From NCBI RefSeq assembly GCF_001194135.2, contig NC_068998.1, positions 54,617,354-54,681,353 of the forward strand: 64,000 bases of DNA, written 5' to 3'. Shown here piece by piece: positions 24,976-38,712 of the stretch. A program made the translations under genes and the position numbers. The stretch is from Octopus bimaculoides. Its lineage: Eukaryota. The notes under the pieces are model-generated. The model ran no database searches and was not told the DNA's origin. It worked only from the letters and a program-made list of their open reading frames with translations. Positions within the stretch are counted from its first letter, which is position 1. Each line of letters opens with the position of its first letter.

Positions 24976-26223
24976 CTGTTTGGAAATTAATTTAATGACG
25001 TTATTATTACTAAATTAAAAAGAAGATAAACAAAAACAAAGTGGAAAAAAAAAACTGAAACGAGAAAACCATTAGAAAGTTTATGTAACAAAATTATTGA
25101 TTCTATAAAGAAAAACAAAATTAAATTGACATGTTCACATAAAGATAAGAATGATTTAAAAAGCAACATGAAGATGATGATGATGATGATGATGTGTTTT
25201 GTTATCAATGAAATGGTGATAATCATCTTCAATAATCATTATCATTGTAACATCTCTTGGCAGCATTTCCTCTGGCTCTTTATGTTCTGAGTTCGAATTC
25301 CACTGAGGTTATCCTTGTCTTTTGTCCATTCGGGGTTGATAAAATAAATATCAGTTAAGCAGTGGGGTTGATAGAATTGCCTTACCCTCACCCCTAAAAG
25401 TTGCTGATCTTGGACCAAAATTAGAAAGAATTAATTTATTAATTCCCAAATAATAATTTTCTCCAATCGGTTCCATTATTGAACCTGTATCTTCAGTATT
25501 GAGCTCCAAAAAGGATCCTAGCAATATAACAAACAAACAAACAAATGTACGTCTGTTTAAAGTAAGTTGACAATGGCATTTCCAAATGCTTCCATTTTCC
25601 TTTAGCAAGTATGGATAGAGTTGTCATGCCAAAATGATATATTCATGAGCTGGCTTAGACACTGTCAGCTGCAACAACTCAATCAAAGAAATAGAAGCTG
25701 TCAAAGCTAATATTCTGCTCACGAACAACATCCGTGTTCTTATTGGTGAAGGCAGTGTTAAACAATGTGCTTGATATTTGTTTCACCTCACCTGTCTTTC
25801 TAGCCTTAATACTATTAGGGTTATTGAAGAACTAAATATGAATCTCAAATCATATTTACTTCTTGTGCAAATTTTTCATTCACTTTCTCACTTCATACTT
25901 TCGTTATGATTACGAGTTTTGCTAAACAGAGCCATATTTAGTTGAGTTTCCTAAACTTGTGAAGACACTGCAAGACTGGAGTTATGATCAATCAATACCA
26001 GGTGTCTTCTCCTTGACACTGACATAATCAATTTCCACCTGAATTTATGATCATATCTATTTACTACATGTTAATGCATGAAAACTGCAGTAAAAATAGT
26101 TGGCTGAATGTAGAAGTGATGTTGTTTGAAACCGTTTCCAAGTGTGGCTTTGATGTTCTTGAAACAGGTTCAATAAATAAAAGATAAATGGAAAGCAAAA
26201 CAGCATGCATTGAATGAATAAAA

Positions 26224-26520
26224 TGAGAGAGGGGGAGAGAGGGGGAGAGAGAGAGAAGACAATGAGAGAGGATGAGAGAGGATGAGAGAATGAGAGAAGA
26301 TGAGAGAGATGAGAATGAAAGAATGAGAGAATGTGAGAATGTGAGAATGAGAGAATAAGAGAATGAGAGAGATGAGAAAAACGAGAGAGATGAGAGAATG
26401 AGAAACATGAAAGAATGAAAGAGGACGAGAAAGATGAGGGAGATGAGAGAATGAGATGAGAGAATGTGAAAGGAGGAGAGAATGAGGGTGGATGAAAGAG
26501 AGAGATGAGAGATGAAAGAA
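26224..26520. repeat. GA-rich low-complexity tract (GAGAAT/GAGAT variants)
   Basis: Directly visible degenerate purine repeat. Confidence 0.85.
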
Positions 26521-26788
26521 GGAGGCCATCAAATGATGATGATGATGATGATGATTAAGATGAGAGAATGAGGCCGGAACAATTATATGAAATCATTAAG
26601 CATGAAATATCAACAAATCAATTGAGTGCGAGCTTAAACTCAGTTCACTTTCAATTGATTAGTTCTGAAAGAAGAAGGGGAAATTGGATGCTGAGTACAA
26701 TTGATTATCAACAGAAGAGAAAAACATGTTTTAGCATCTGACAAAATAAACACCATCCAACACATGCCAGCATGGAAAAACATGCTAA

Positions 26789-26789
<1 letters not shown>

Positions 26790-26861
<72 letters not shown>

Positions 26862-26960
26862 CAACAACGATGATGATGACGACGATGATGATGATGACAA
26901 TGACAACAAAGACGATGATAATGACGATGATGATGATGATGACGACGATGTTGATGATGA
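26790..26960. repeat. (GAT/GAC)n microsatellite
   Basis: Directly visible. Other tracts include 772-849, 8961-9006, 9944-10010, 16092-16190 and 27120-27206. Confidence 0.95.
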
Positions 26961-27154
26961 CTGGTGCTTGGTGCAACCTCCTGGCTTGCCAGTCCTCAGT
27001 CAAACCCTCCAACCCATGCCAGCATGGAAAACGGATGATGATTGATGTGGACATAATGATGTTATCTTTCATTCCAGAGTTTGATGGGTTGTGTGACAAA
27101 ATGATATTAAGTATCTTAACTGCATGTGCATGTGCATGTGTGTGTGTGCATGTG

Positions 27155-27209
<55 letters not shown>

Positions 27210-28022
27210 CTTGTGATGGCAGTATATTTAGAGCCTTATCTGAAATGTAGATATTCAATATCAGCTTCCTCATCCACATTTTACATCTCCTTTCCATTTG
27301 GTATGGGTAGAATCTAAGGATCAGAGGACCAGGTCTAACCCCAGTGTCTCAATTTTACCATGGTTTCTAAGGCTTGGTGCCCTCCCTAATGGCAGCCACT
27401 GTACAGAGTGTAGAGGGTTCCTTTTGCATGGCACCAGTACTAGTGAGGTCACCTTGTAACTTGCAAAACTAAGGAGTCTCCTTGAATAAGAAGGGGAATA
27501 GCTGAGAGGGAGGGGCTTTTACACAAGATGTTGAGGGATAAATATATGATAGGAGGGCCAACAATAATTGCTGTGGAAGTGATTCATAGCCCACCTGCAT
27601 TATATATGGGTGGAGTGGAGCCAGAAGGATGGATAAAGATAGTAGTGATAAGGTGCCAGAGCATAGCCTCAAGTTACAAGAAAGGGAACATGGAGAAACA
27701 TCCAGATCTCTGAGCTACACTCCTGCATTGGTGCCAAGTGCAGTGAGGGAGGGATGAGAATGAGTGTTATGAAGGCTGAGACATTGGTCCTCTCAACAAA
27801 TTCTTCTCACTCCACTTTTCAGGGAAGTGGAACAAAGGAGATCAACTTCAAACGAACTAAACACAAACAATTACATAATTGCTTCTTGTTTTAGATACAT
27901 GACTAGATTTTGTAGCAGGGGGCTATCAAGTATTATTTCAATTTCTATACATCTACATTATTGTATACCCTGCCCCCCCCCCCCNNNNNNNNNNCCCCCC
28001 GACACACATTATTGATGCTCAC

Positions 28023-28032
28023 TTCATCAATC
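28023..28032 (-). CDS. Candidate 10-nt SPEF2 microexon (GA TTG ATG AA)
   Basis: Pyrimidine-rich ccccctcag acceptor and gtgagc donor. The phase-2 end fits exon 7. It needs an unidentified phase 0-to-1 exon upstream. Confidence 0.35.
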
Positions 28033-28134
28033 CTGAGGGGGGATATTTAAAAAGGAGAGATACTCTCAGTACATTTTAAAAACAGGACAAAGAAGGATTT
28101 AGGTTATTGCATTGAAAAACTGTCCACCGCAAGG

Positions 28135-28440
28135 TCCAGCAGTCCTTGTTGCAATGTGGTGACTTGTATACTTTGATGACCCTGAGAACCATGCCAGGGC
28201 CTTCCATGCTGGACAGGTCAAAGGAGAGAGGCCAAACTATTATGAATCACCTCTTTCCAGAATTAAAAATGGATCTGAATAGGGCCAACACCTCTGCACA
28301 GAAAACAGCAAAGTTAAAGAAGTCTTGATGATAACCCAAAACCCAACAAGACCCGAGAGAAGAAGTCCTTTCCTCGGGGAACAGTGGAGAGAAATCATCA
28401 ATGGCTGATACTCCACGGAGAGTGGAGAGCTTGAGTAAAG
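28135..28440 (+). mobile_element. RTE-type 5' region repeat
   Basis: Aligns by eye to 44100-44450 (-) and 6840-6950 (+). CCTTGT.G.GG...GACCCTGAGA...GGACAGGTCAAAGG motif. Confidence 0.6.
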
Positions 28441-28718
28441 CAAATGAAAACAGTCTCCTATTTTTGCCATCTCAACAACATTATTTAGCAACATATATTT
28501 CTAATGGAGTCAATTAAGTTTTACTCGTAGTAACAATAATGTACAACAAGCTTTGTGAACGACAGCTTTTCTGTATATGTTCTTCTCCGATGTAAAAGCC
28601 AATAACAGAACCCAGAATAGTTCCATTAAGCTGAAGTGACAAATTTTGTTCGAATTGAGATGAAAAGAAGTATTCAAAGTGGAACATACATGTCTTTCGT
28701 GTCGATGTCTAGACTTAC

Positions 28719-28769
28719 AGCAGCACTTTCTAATTTCTTATCAAACTGGTTAATATCATTCATAGCTTC
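28719..28769 (-). CDS. SPEF2: SPEF2 exon 6 (EAMNDINQFDKKLESAA)
   Basis: tttcttttctag acceptor, GCT|gtaagt donor, 51 nt. Resembles recalled EDVADEIKKFE. Confidence 0.85.
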
Positions 28770-28923
28770 CTAGAAAAGAAACACAAATAAACACAAAGGT
28801 AAGAATTTATTTGTCAGAACTTATACAAAGTTATTTATCAAGGGAGAAATATTATTCCCAGAATAAATTCCATCAGGTATCTCCACTCAGCAACCAGTTT
28901 TACTCTCTTCTTCTCTGTATATA

Positions 28924-28967
<44 letters not shown>

Positions 28968-30958
28968 AAATACCACCACCATTACCAACCCCACCACCAT
29001 CACCACCAACTCCACCACCACCACTGCCGTCCCTGCAGCTACTACTACTACTACCACCACTGCCACTGTTGCTGTTGCTTCAGAAATGATAATAATATTG
29101 ATTTCATATGTAGTACTCAACCAGAAGTTCAGTGTGGAGGCACAGCTGATTATATCAACCCCAGTACATGACTGCTTGTTATTTTATCGATTCTGGGGGA
29201 ATCAGAGGCAAAGTTGGCCAAAGTGTGACTTCATTTCAGGACCAAAGTTAAACCATTAAATACCACAAGGCATTCCACCAGTTCTTCCAATTCACCTCAA
29301 TAAGGATTTGAACTCAAAATGTGAAGAACTGCAACAAAACCGGCAAAGTATTATTTAACAAATCTGCCAGAGACAGAAAAAAAAACAGGCAGAACTGGCC
29401 TTGGTGGAATTTAAACACAGAATGGAACAAACAAGAATAAATACCACAAGGTATCTGATCCAATGCTTTAATGGTTCTGTATCTAACAGTGTCGTGAATT
29501 TTGAGCAAAGGGTGTAGAGAAGTTAAGTGAGTGAGGTGAAGGAGTGGAATCAATTTGATCCAACACTTTACCAAGACCAGAGATAAAGAAATGAAATGTT
29601 TAAAGTTATCCAATTCTTGTAGGAGACAATTTAATTTACAAGAGCTAAAAGCTAAAAGCGAAACAACTGCAACAGTTTGGCTCTTAATATAGCAAATGTT
29701 CTGAACTTGCACAAGTGGGAGAAAACACTGTTATCTTATACAGCTGTCTCTTACATAAGTCATTGGCTGGTTGGAAAAGAGTTGATGAGGAGGATTTCAT
29801 GAATGGGGAATGGGAAGCTATACAATTAATGCATGTCTCAAGAGCAAAAGCAAATGGAGTGATAGCGAATGGCTTCAGTCAGGAATGAAAAACAGAAAAA
29901 GAAATCACAGGGACTTGTCTAAATTTGATACAAAGAGATGGGGCTAGAGAGGGGAAGAAGACAGAGAGAGGACATTCAAATGAAAAGAAAAGGAGATAGA
30001 GGAAGAAGAGAAGGAGAGGATGGGGAAATGATGCAGGTATTTATTTAGAAAACATGCATATCTAAAACACAAATATTAAGTGATTTTGAGGTCCCAATAA
30101 TAAAAACTACTCACAGATGATCATGGAGCCACCAGTTGAAGGGCAAGCAGTTGAAGGGTTTTAAAAGTATGTACTGGCTCTTTGACAAAAAGCAAATTTA
30201 TGTAGAGAACCATCACCATTTAATGTCCATTTTCCATGCTGGCATCAGTTGGAGAGTTTGAGGGGAGCTGGTGAGCCAGAGGACTGTGCCAAGCTCCAAT
30301 GTCTGCATTGGCAGGTTTCTATAACTGGATGTCCTTCCTAATGCCAACCATTTTACAGGGTGTCCTGGGTGCCATCAGCACTAGTGAGGTCACCAAGATC
30401 CTTGCAAGACAAAGACCCTTCAGCTGGGATGAGGAATAGAATTGAGGGAGATGCTTTTATGCCAGGTGATGATAGGGAGACAGGAACAGTTGTCTTGCTG
30501 TGGAGGAGATTAATGGTTACTCCAGTAGGAAAAGAACGAATGGAAGTGGTGGTGGTGAAGAGGCATCAGCACATTTGGAAATTTTAAAAGCTGTTTTCTT
30601 CATTAGATAAATTAATACAGAGAGACTAATTGTACAAATATTGTAATGAAAAGAGACGGTGGGGGGGGGGGGAGATTGATATTTATGATGGAACTCTCCA
30701 CCAGAGGAAATATAAATATTGTTCTTATATCATAGCCGCCCTCTTTTTAATAATATATTTCCTCAGCAATATACTCCAACACTAACTATAAATAACTTAA
30801 TCATTTTAGTAACTCTGTTCTATATATAAACAAGGATTCATATTACTATTTGGTTCCTTGTCATTTCATATCTACAATCCAAGACAAGTCTTTTGAATAA
30901 AAGCACACATGAAGACAGGCTAAAAAAAAAATATTGGTATTTATTAACCATTAACAAT

Positions 30959-30996
<38 letters not shown>

Positions 30997-33900
30997 AGGG
31001 CTTATTGATTGCTTTGCAATAGATATGTTATGGTTCTTAACACACAGCAAACACATACACTTGCATGCACAAACACACAAGTGTGCACATGCATGCGTGT
31101 GTATGTGTGTACTATGTGTAGATAGATATGTGTGTGTGTGTGTGTGACAAACAGAAAGATTTAAACCAGCCATTTCTGGTTCAAATATTCTACCTTTTTC
31201 TATGTTGAAACTGGCCAGATTCAGCCTCTCACACCTATCCTACAATGTCATTCTAAAATGATACATCCACATCATCGCACTATTTATGCTATGGGATAAT
31301 GCATGGTTAATTTAGAACAATGAGCATAACATTTCACCGATTAATCTGAATGCTATAGGGTTAAGGAATCGTAAATAAGTTGCTGCTTTAATATTTATCA
31401 GTGACCTTAATTAAGGGTCGTTAACCATGAAGACAATAAACAATCTTATAGAAAATAAATATATTTCAGCTGAAAAGCAACAAAATGAGGATAACAAGTT
31501 GATGCAAATACTTTTTAAGCAAAAAAAAAACTATAAAAGGAGAGAATTGTAGTTTGCTTGAGGCATTGTGAAATATGGAGAAGACTCGATAATTAAAGCA
31601 AGATATGAAATTACTGAACTATAATCTCATTCATGATTACTTCGATAAAAAAAATAAAACATTTGAACAGATGCACAGAAGGCATTCGTTTATTTACAAT
31701 AAAAGTTTCATTACCTTCATGTCTATGTTCTTACGACTAAACGAAAACAAAAAGAAAACATGAACCAATGAGGGTGCCTCTCCATGGTCACTTAAAATGC
31801 TATAAATAGCAGTCAAATCTACTCAATTTAAAACACGGAAAGAAACACTGGATAATATAGTTCTAGATCTAAACATGACATGATGGCCATAGTTAAGATG
31901 ACTTCGATCATAAGACTACTGGATCAGGTTTGGCCTTGGGCTAAACAATAACAACAACAAAATACAATCCTATTTTTTTATTCTTTTCTTTGTTTTCGTC
32001 ACTGAACTGTGGCCATGCTGGAGCACAGTCGTCGAGGATTTAGTTAAACATATCCACCGCAGCACTTAGCCTCAAACCTGGCGTTTATTTTATTGATCTT
32101 TATATGTCTAGGCACAGGCCTGGTCATGTGGTGAAGAAGCTCACTTTGCAAACATGTGGCTTTGAGTTCAGTCCCACCGCACAGTACCTGGGCAAGTGTC
32201 TCTTATTACAACCCCTTCTACAGAAACTTTCCAATGCTTAGAATACAAATAGTGTACCAAGTACCTTCCATGGTACTCTAAAAGTATAGTCATCTTGTAA
32301 CTTGTACATATTCTACATTTCCCTGGTGCAGGGGGTAAAACATCACAGGAAACACTGATTGTTGAAAGTGATGGAGGTTTGTTTCATGCAATGACATCAA
32401 TGATTTCTTTCATTATTTATTTCAAATAACGATTTTTTTTTTCTGGATGATAAAAAGGAGAGAAAACAGTCATGCTCCAGTGGCTGCATCACATCAGCAT
32501 GCATCAATGATGGATAAGAAGGGGCCGGAAAATAAAACTAGACATTAGTGCAATCGGTTAGAAGACTGCATATGAAAGACATCAGTGCAGAAGACTGCAC
32601 TGATGAGGATGTGGTGCGTATGGAAAATGAGAGTTGGTTAAATGATGAATGCAGAAGGTTCATATGGAAGAGAAATATCAAGGAAGATGGAGACAGAAGG
32701 GGTGAAATTTGATTGAAGGATTCTGAGCCTCACAAAAAAGTCAAGTGGAAACACCATGTGTAGGGACATATTTGCCCCCATCCATGCCATTATAGCAAAG
32801 TGCACATCAAAGTGTAAATGATGATGATGCTTGATTACTTATACACACACATGGACACATGAGTACAAGACATGGATGTGCAGTTAAGACAGACATACAA
32901 TAGCATCAAGGTGCTTGGCTGTTCTGATGCCTTAGTCTCGCCATCACCTGTGGTAATACTGCAAGCATGCTGGCTTGCTTCAGTAGGTTCCATTGAACCT
33001 TGTCATGTGCGACCAACTTAGTCACTTGGTGTTGAATTGAGGTTTTTTTTTCTTTCTCTTTCCTCTTTTTTTTTACTTCTTTTTATTCTCTCTCTTTGCT
33101 CATGGTTGTGTAATCTTCAGTTTAGGATTTGTATTTTAATGTGGTTTTGTAATATATATGCATCATATACATACATGTTATATATGTAATTAATACAATG
33201 AATATAAATTGAACCTACATTTTAAACAAATCAAGAATTTGAAGGAATTTAGTAGAGTTATTATTCATTATTCATCTAATATTTGGAACCTACTAACTTA
33301 ACAAAGGGTTCTTACATAAACTATAACTGCCTGTTTTTAATTTAAATATGAACAGTTTAAAATTGAAACTTCTGTATAATATAACAAGAGGCAGTTTCAT
33401 GTAGGTTGGCATCAAAAAGGTTAAAAAATTTCAGCTTGTATTATTGTAAATTGTTAGTCATTAACAATAGGAAACAGAACAATATATTTCTCATCTGAAA
33501 GTATGCATGGGGCTTTTAAATCAGACATTTTGATGAAAGAGAAAAAGTTTGTGCTAAATAAATTCAGCTGAAGAATTGGCAGTGGAGATTAAGAAACGGT
33601 GTGAGTTGAGAACATTACAGAACTCTGTCTCAATGCAGTGGACAACATGCTGGGAAGCTCATTAAGTGGAAGACTGAGTAAAAGCAGAATCAACCATTCC
33701 TATAATAATAAATCAAGAAATACATAAACATTGCTGGTTTTGTAAATGAAACACAATGAAGTAGGCAACTGGCTGTTTGTAAAAACTCTTCTCAAAAGCT
33801 AATTCAATAATAATCACAACAACTCAAATACAATGGTTGCCGATGTTGTTGTTTAACCTTAGTTAACTCTTGACTGAGCAGATTGATGATTAAAGACATC

Positions 33901-34317
33901 CCACCTTTTTTTTACTAAGTGCAGAGAACCTAGCTCTGCATTATCTAATGTATTTCTTTTTTAAGATGAGAGAGTTTAAGAAGATTTGGCTTTTATTTCT
34001 AGCAGATTGAGCTACCACTTAGAGACACCCTCATTCGCCTGACTCCCTACAATGGTTATGAAGAAATGTGGAACATTAAAGACAGACAACACCCTAAATC
34101 TAGAATGCAAGGTGTAAAATAAGTTTGTTGTTAATTAGCCTCAAGTGAAGCTTGTATGAGCAGACCGAAGATCAAAGTTCTTCCAACTGTGACCATCCAA
34201 TCTATTCTATATTTATACAGAGCATATTGGTGATAGGAAGCTATAAAAAATCTGCCTCAACAAATTGTCTGACCCATGCAAGCAGAGAAAAGTGGATGTT
34301 AAACTATGATGGGGGGG

Positions 34318-34348
<31 letters not shown>

Positions 34349-36542
34349 TAGGTAGAGAATGAATGTCTGTGTGAAGCCAGGTAGAAACTTAATCAATGTA
34401 TGGTGTGGGAGTGAGAGATTCCAGGTAGAGACTCAATCATTGTGGGTGTGGATGACTCCCAGGTAAAGTTAATCAATTTGTGGGGTGGGAGTGGGGGTGG
34501 ATGTCAGGTGGGGAATACCAGGTAAAGAGTTAATATGTCTTAAGATGCCAAGGACAGCATGTGAATGATTGCATTTCCTGACAACAAAATGATTTTCTCC
34601 ATACAAAGGAATGTTTCTAAGAAAAATGCATTAGACATAGATAATAGCATCAAGAATATAATGGCAATGATGAAGGTGGTGGTGGTGGTGGTGGTGGTGG
34701 TGGTGGTGGGGTCCAGTTGCGGTATTGGCAGCAGTAACTGCAATATTCAAAAAAAGACAAAAAGACACCGAAAAGACCCAGTTGGTGAAGAGTATCAAGA
34801 GATGGGTAGAAAAGGAGCGTGAGATGAAAGAAAACATAGGATGACAAACTTTTGTGGATATGTATTCTGATTGAAAGGATGTCAATGTTCTCATCAATTT
34901 CCAATAATTAGCAACTTTCAATAATTTAAACAAAATGGATTATTTTCCTTTTTTTTTTTTCTACTTCTTGAAATGAAATCAATTTACGAAATAAAAATCA
35001 GAATTACATTATTGTTAATTTAGTTATCCTCATTATTATCACGACCATCAACATCCCCCCCCCAGCCACTGTCGCCACCCCCACCACCTTTCCTACACAA
35101 AATTCTATTTTGCTTTCCATTCTAACCCATCTTGAAGACACTCACTGAACCTGACTTTCTGCTTTTGTCACAACATAATACCAACTTTTTTCTGATAGTG
35201 TTATAATGTGATAAAGTAATTGTCCAATGGCTTTACAATTTATCACAATGTCCTACATTAAATGCAGGCAATTTTTTTTTCATTCTTTTAAAAATTACAC
35301 CATTCTTCTTCTTTCTTCTCGAGTGTTCTTTTTTTTTTTTTTCAATTATGTTACTTTTTATCAATGTTTTTCCTCAACCGGAAATGAGGTAAAATTGGGT
35401 GATGTTGATGCAGTGAATGGTCTGGAAAATACAGGTGGAGTGGGTGCTTAACATGTGTGTCTATTATGAAGGGGTGGTCAAAGGAGGGAGAAGAGAGGAG
35501 TGCAATGGGTGGGTTTATGTGAAAGTGGATGCATCATCATCATCAGCATCATTTAATGTCCACTTTTCCATGCATGCTTCCATACTCAGATAGAATTTAT
35601 TAGGGCAGATTTTCTACACCTATATATCTTTTGTGTGATCCACTCTCACCTGTTTCCAAGCAAAATAATATTTCTCCAAAAGCCAGGCATGTTGTCACAG
35701 AATATTACAAATGGACAACCCTGCTTGTATGACAGTGACGTTTGTTTACAACTATCACATTATTTCAAAACAAGGAGATACAAACACACACACACACACG
35801 ATGGGCTTCCATCTACCAAATCTACTGGCAAGGCTTTGATTAGCCTGTGGCTCTAGTAGAAGTCATTTGCCCAAGGTGCCATGCTGTGGCACTGGACACA
35901 AAAGAGCAAACTTCTTGACCACACAGCCATGCCTGTCTACAGAGGAGCAAAGTTTTACCTAAAACTGATAAAAGAGAGAAAGGACATGACTTGAAATTGT
36001 TTCAGAAGACATAAAGCAAATATTCCTTCCTTGGAACAATAAATATAAAAATAAATGTTGAAGCTAATTTATTTGTAGCAAACTACATTGATCAAAGGGA
36101 CCAGGGCTTAATTTCAAAGTGTGGATGTAAGCTTAGTGAATGAAAGTCCATCTCCCACAGGATAAAACAAGTAACTCTCCCTAAGGGAGATATACTAAAT
36201 CGCCATCTAAAAAGTCTGAGACCATATGATATCTTTTGAAAAAAAAAAACAAGAAAGAAGAAAGTTATACAAGTTTGAAGAAAAAAATAAAAAGAGTAAA
36301 AACGAAAAGAGTGTATGTGGCGGGGAGGGGCACAACAGTGAAAACCTCCCCCTACACCACTACCACCACCATTGCTTTTATGCTGGCATGGGTTGGACAG
36401 TTTGAGTGGAGCTGGTGAGCTAGAGAGCTGCACCAGGTTCCAATGTCTGTTTTATGGCTGGTTATTTGCAGTTTTAATGGGAGTAACTGTTAATAACAAA
36501 AAAAGATTCAAATAATTTCTCAATATTTAAAGAATTTGTTAC

Positions 36543-36636
36543 CTGAATTTCAAGTTGCTTTCGCTTCAAATGAATGTTTGAGAGAGGCTGTGCTGGAGGA
36601 TAGGTAAGTCTCTTATAAATGTCATTGTCACTAGCT
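36543..36636 (-). CDS. SPEF2: SPEF2 exon 5 (ASDNDIYKRLTYPPAQPLSNIHLKRKQLEIQ)
   Basis: tttatccag acceptor, CAG|gtaaca donor, 94 nt. Phases 2 to 0 bridge exons 4 and 6 exactly. The sequence itself is divergent. Confidence 0.8.
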
Positions 36637-36876
36637 CTGGATAAATAAAGAAGATTTGTCATTACAGCATGTACACACACACACACACACACACAAACAC
36701 ACATAAGAAATTGGGATGATAAAGGAAATAAACAATTATATTACGAATCTTATTAGCTTACAGCTGTTTCTGCTACAAGGTGCAATGCTTGAGTATCAGC
36801 CTAGAACATATGTATATTGAGTTCTAACAGCAGGTTATAAGCATCACAATGTGTAAACAAAATATTAAAATATATA

Positions 36877-37080
36877 TACGAGTGGGTGCTGAAAAGTTCC
36901 TGGCTTTGGGTGACAGAAAATACAGGATGAGGATCAGTTAATTATGATTTTATTCAACATATTTCCCTCAGAGATTCACACAGTTATTTCAGCAGTCCTT
37001 CAATCTTTCTAAGCCCTTGAAAAAAATTCAGACGGTTTGGGCCTCCAACCAGGCCTTTCGTGATACCCTTAAAACCAGGA
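36877..37080 (-). mobile_element. Mariner terminal fragment
   Basis: TA-CGAGTGGGTGCTGAAAAGTTCCTGGCT TIR-like end, truncated at a microsatellite. Confidence 0.6.
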
Positions 37081-37083
37081 TAA

Positions 37084-37125
<42 letters not shown>

Positions 37126-37619
37126 CATATATATATACAAGCCTGTTTTACCAGTTTAGATCTGATAAGCTTTTTATTACAGCAATTGTTTCTACAGCTG
37201 ACTGCAAATCATTCAACCATGAAGACAAACTGGAGCAAATAGAGTTATAAGCTGAGCCTAGTGGCAAAACACAGCAGCTGTCAAGAGTAAACTTTGAAAT
37301 CTTCACGTCAGTAACACACTACTTTATTCCCACCACTGTTAATGTAAAATAACGAGGAATAATGCTGAACTGAAATTCATCCTCATCATTATTTAATGTC
37401 TGTTTTCTTATGATGGTATGGGTTGGGATCTGCTTTGGTATGGCTTCTACAGATGGATGCCCTTCTTAACACTAACCGCTTCACAGAGTGCATTGGGTGT
37501 GTTTTATGTAGTGTCAGCACTAGAGAGGTGCCATATCTAGAGAGCTGCCTCATTTAATTATATATATAATACACACACACACACACACACACACACAAAT
37601 ATACGTGATATAATTTTAG

Positions 37620-38330
37620 CATCCAGTGTATGCCAGCTGGATAGGTGATTGGACTTTCTCCCATATTACATACCACCATCAGTCAATGCAGTCCTTTGTC
37701 ATCTTCTCGATGAAGCATAGCAGCCTCTGTTCTGTCTTCTTCATCACTCTGTTTTGTCTTCCTCACTCTCCTTATTCCACAAATTTCATTTGCAGTAAGC
37801 ACATGGCACGTCTTTATGCAGCTGCCCTCCTCCATACACCTCACCTGTCCTCCTCCATACACCTCACCTGTCCTCCTCCATACACCTCACCTGTCCTCCT
37901 CCATACACCTCACCTGTCCACACCAATAGAATCTTCTCTCTTGCACACCTGATTACTCTTATGTCCAGTTTCCCCTTCACCTTATTTATTCTCCATCGCT
38001 CATGCACACAACTAACACTGCACAACCACTAAAGCAAGCTGGCTTTGTTTCTTGCAGCCGTTGACAATAATACTGCTACACTAGTCATGGCTATGACTGG
38101 GTGACCAGCTTGTATCCTACTCCACCAAATGTTTTAAGCACCTCAATTGTGATTCTTGATGGACCAAGGGCCGTCCCTGTCTTCATATCCTTAACCACTT
38201 TATTCACCATCCTGCTATCAACTTGGATAGCAGAGGGCTGCTCCCTCTGTTGGCTCTACTTGCAGCAGACACTCTCACTCCCATGCACTCTCTTCATTCA
38301 ACAGTCTCTCATAATACCACTTACAACTCT
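37620..38330 (-). mobile_element. RTE-type LINE relic (RT-domain and C-terminal pieces)
   Basis: Minus-strand PAIQVDSRMVNKVVKDMKTGTALGPSRITIEVLK (KAPGPSGI-like motif) and a decayed RTE C-terminus. Confidence 0.75.
37826..37917. repeat. 23-bp minisatellite x4
   Basis: CCTCCTCCATACACCTCACCTGT repeated four times exactly. Confidence 0.95.
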
Positions 38331-38598
38331 CTTTATATATGTGTGTGTGTGTGTGTTTGTGTATATATATATATATGGGAGGTTTTGGTATCCAGAAGAC
38401 CCAAGATGGCAGGCAAGATTATGTAAGTGCTATGGAAGGACCATAGTTAGACACCCGGTTTGATAATAGTATAAGTGAAGAGTCTAATACAGGTCGTGTG
38501 TGAGCATGTATGTGTTAAATAAAATGTAATGGGGATTGAATGGACCTTGGTAAATTAACTTTGAAGCACCTTCATGTGTCTTCCGTCAAATGATGGCT

Positions 38599-38712
38599 GA
38601 ATATCACCTGATGAAACAAGGTGGTTATGCTGATATGTATGAATGTATGTTATGTAATGTACTTTGCATTGGTTAAAATAACCATGCTGCTGAAACGCAT
38701 GTAGTGGTGTTT
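38599..38712 (+). ncRNA. Type I hammerhead ribozyme fold (Penelope/retrozyme-like), antisense in a SPEF2 intron
   Basis: CTGATGA 38608-14 and GAAA 38692-95. Stem I 9 bp, stem II 11 of 14 paired, short stem III, GUA cleavage triplet 38701-03. Confidence 0.7.
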
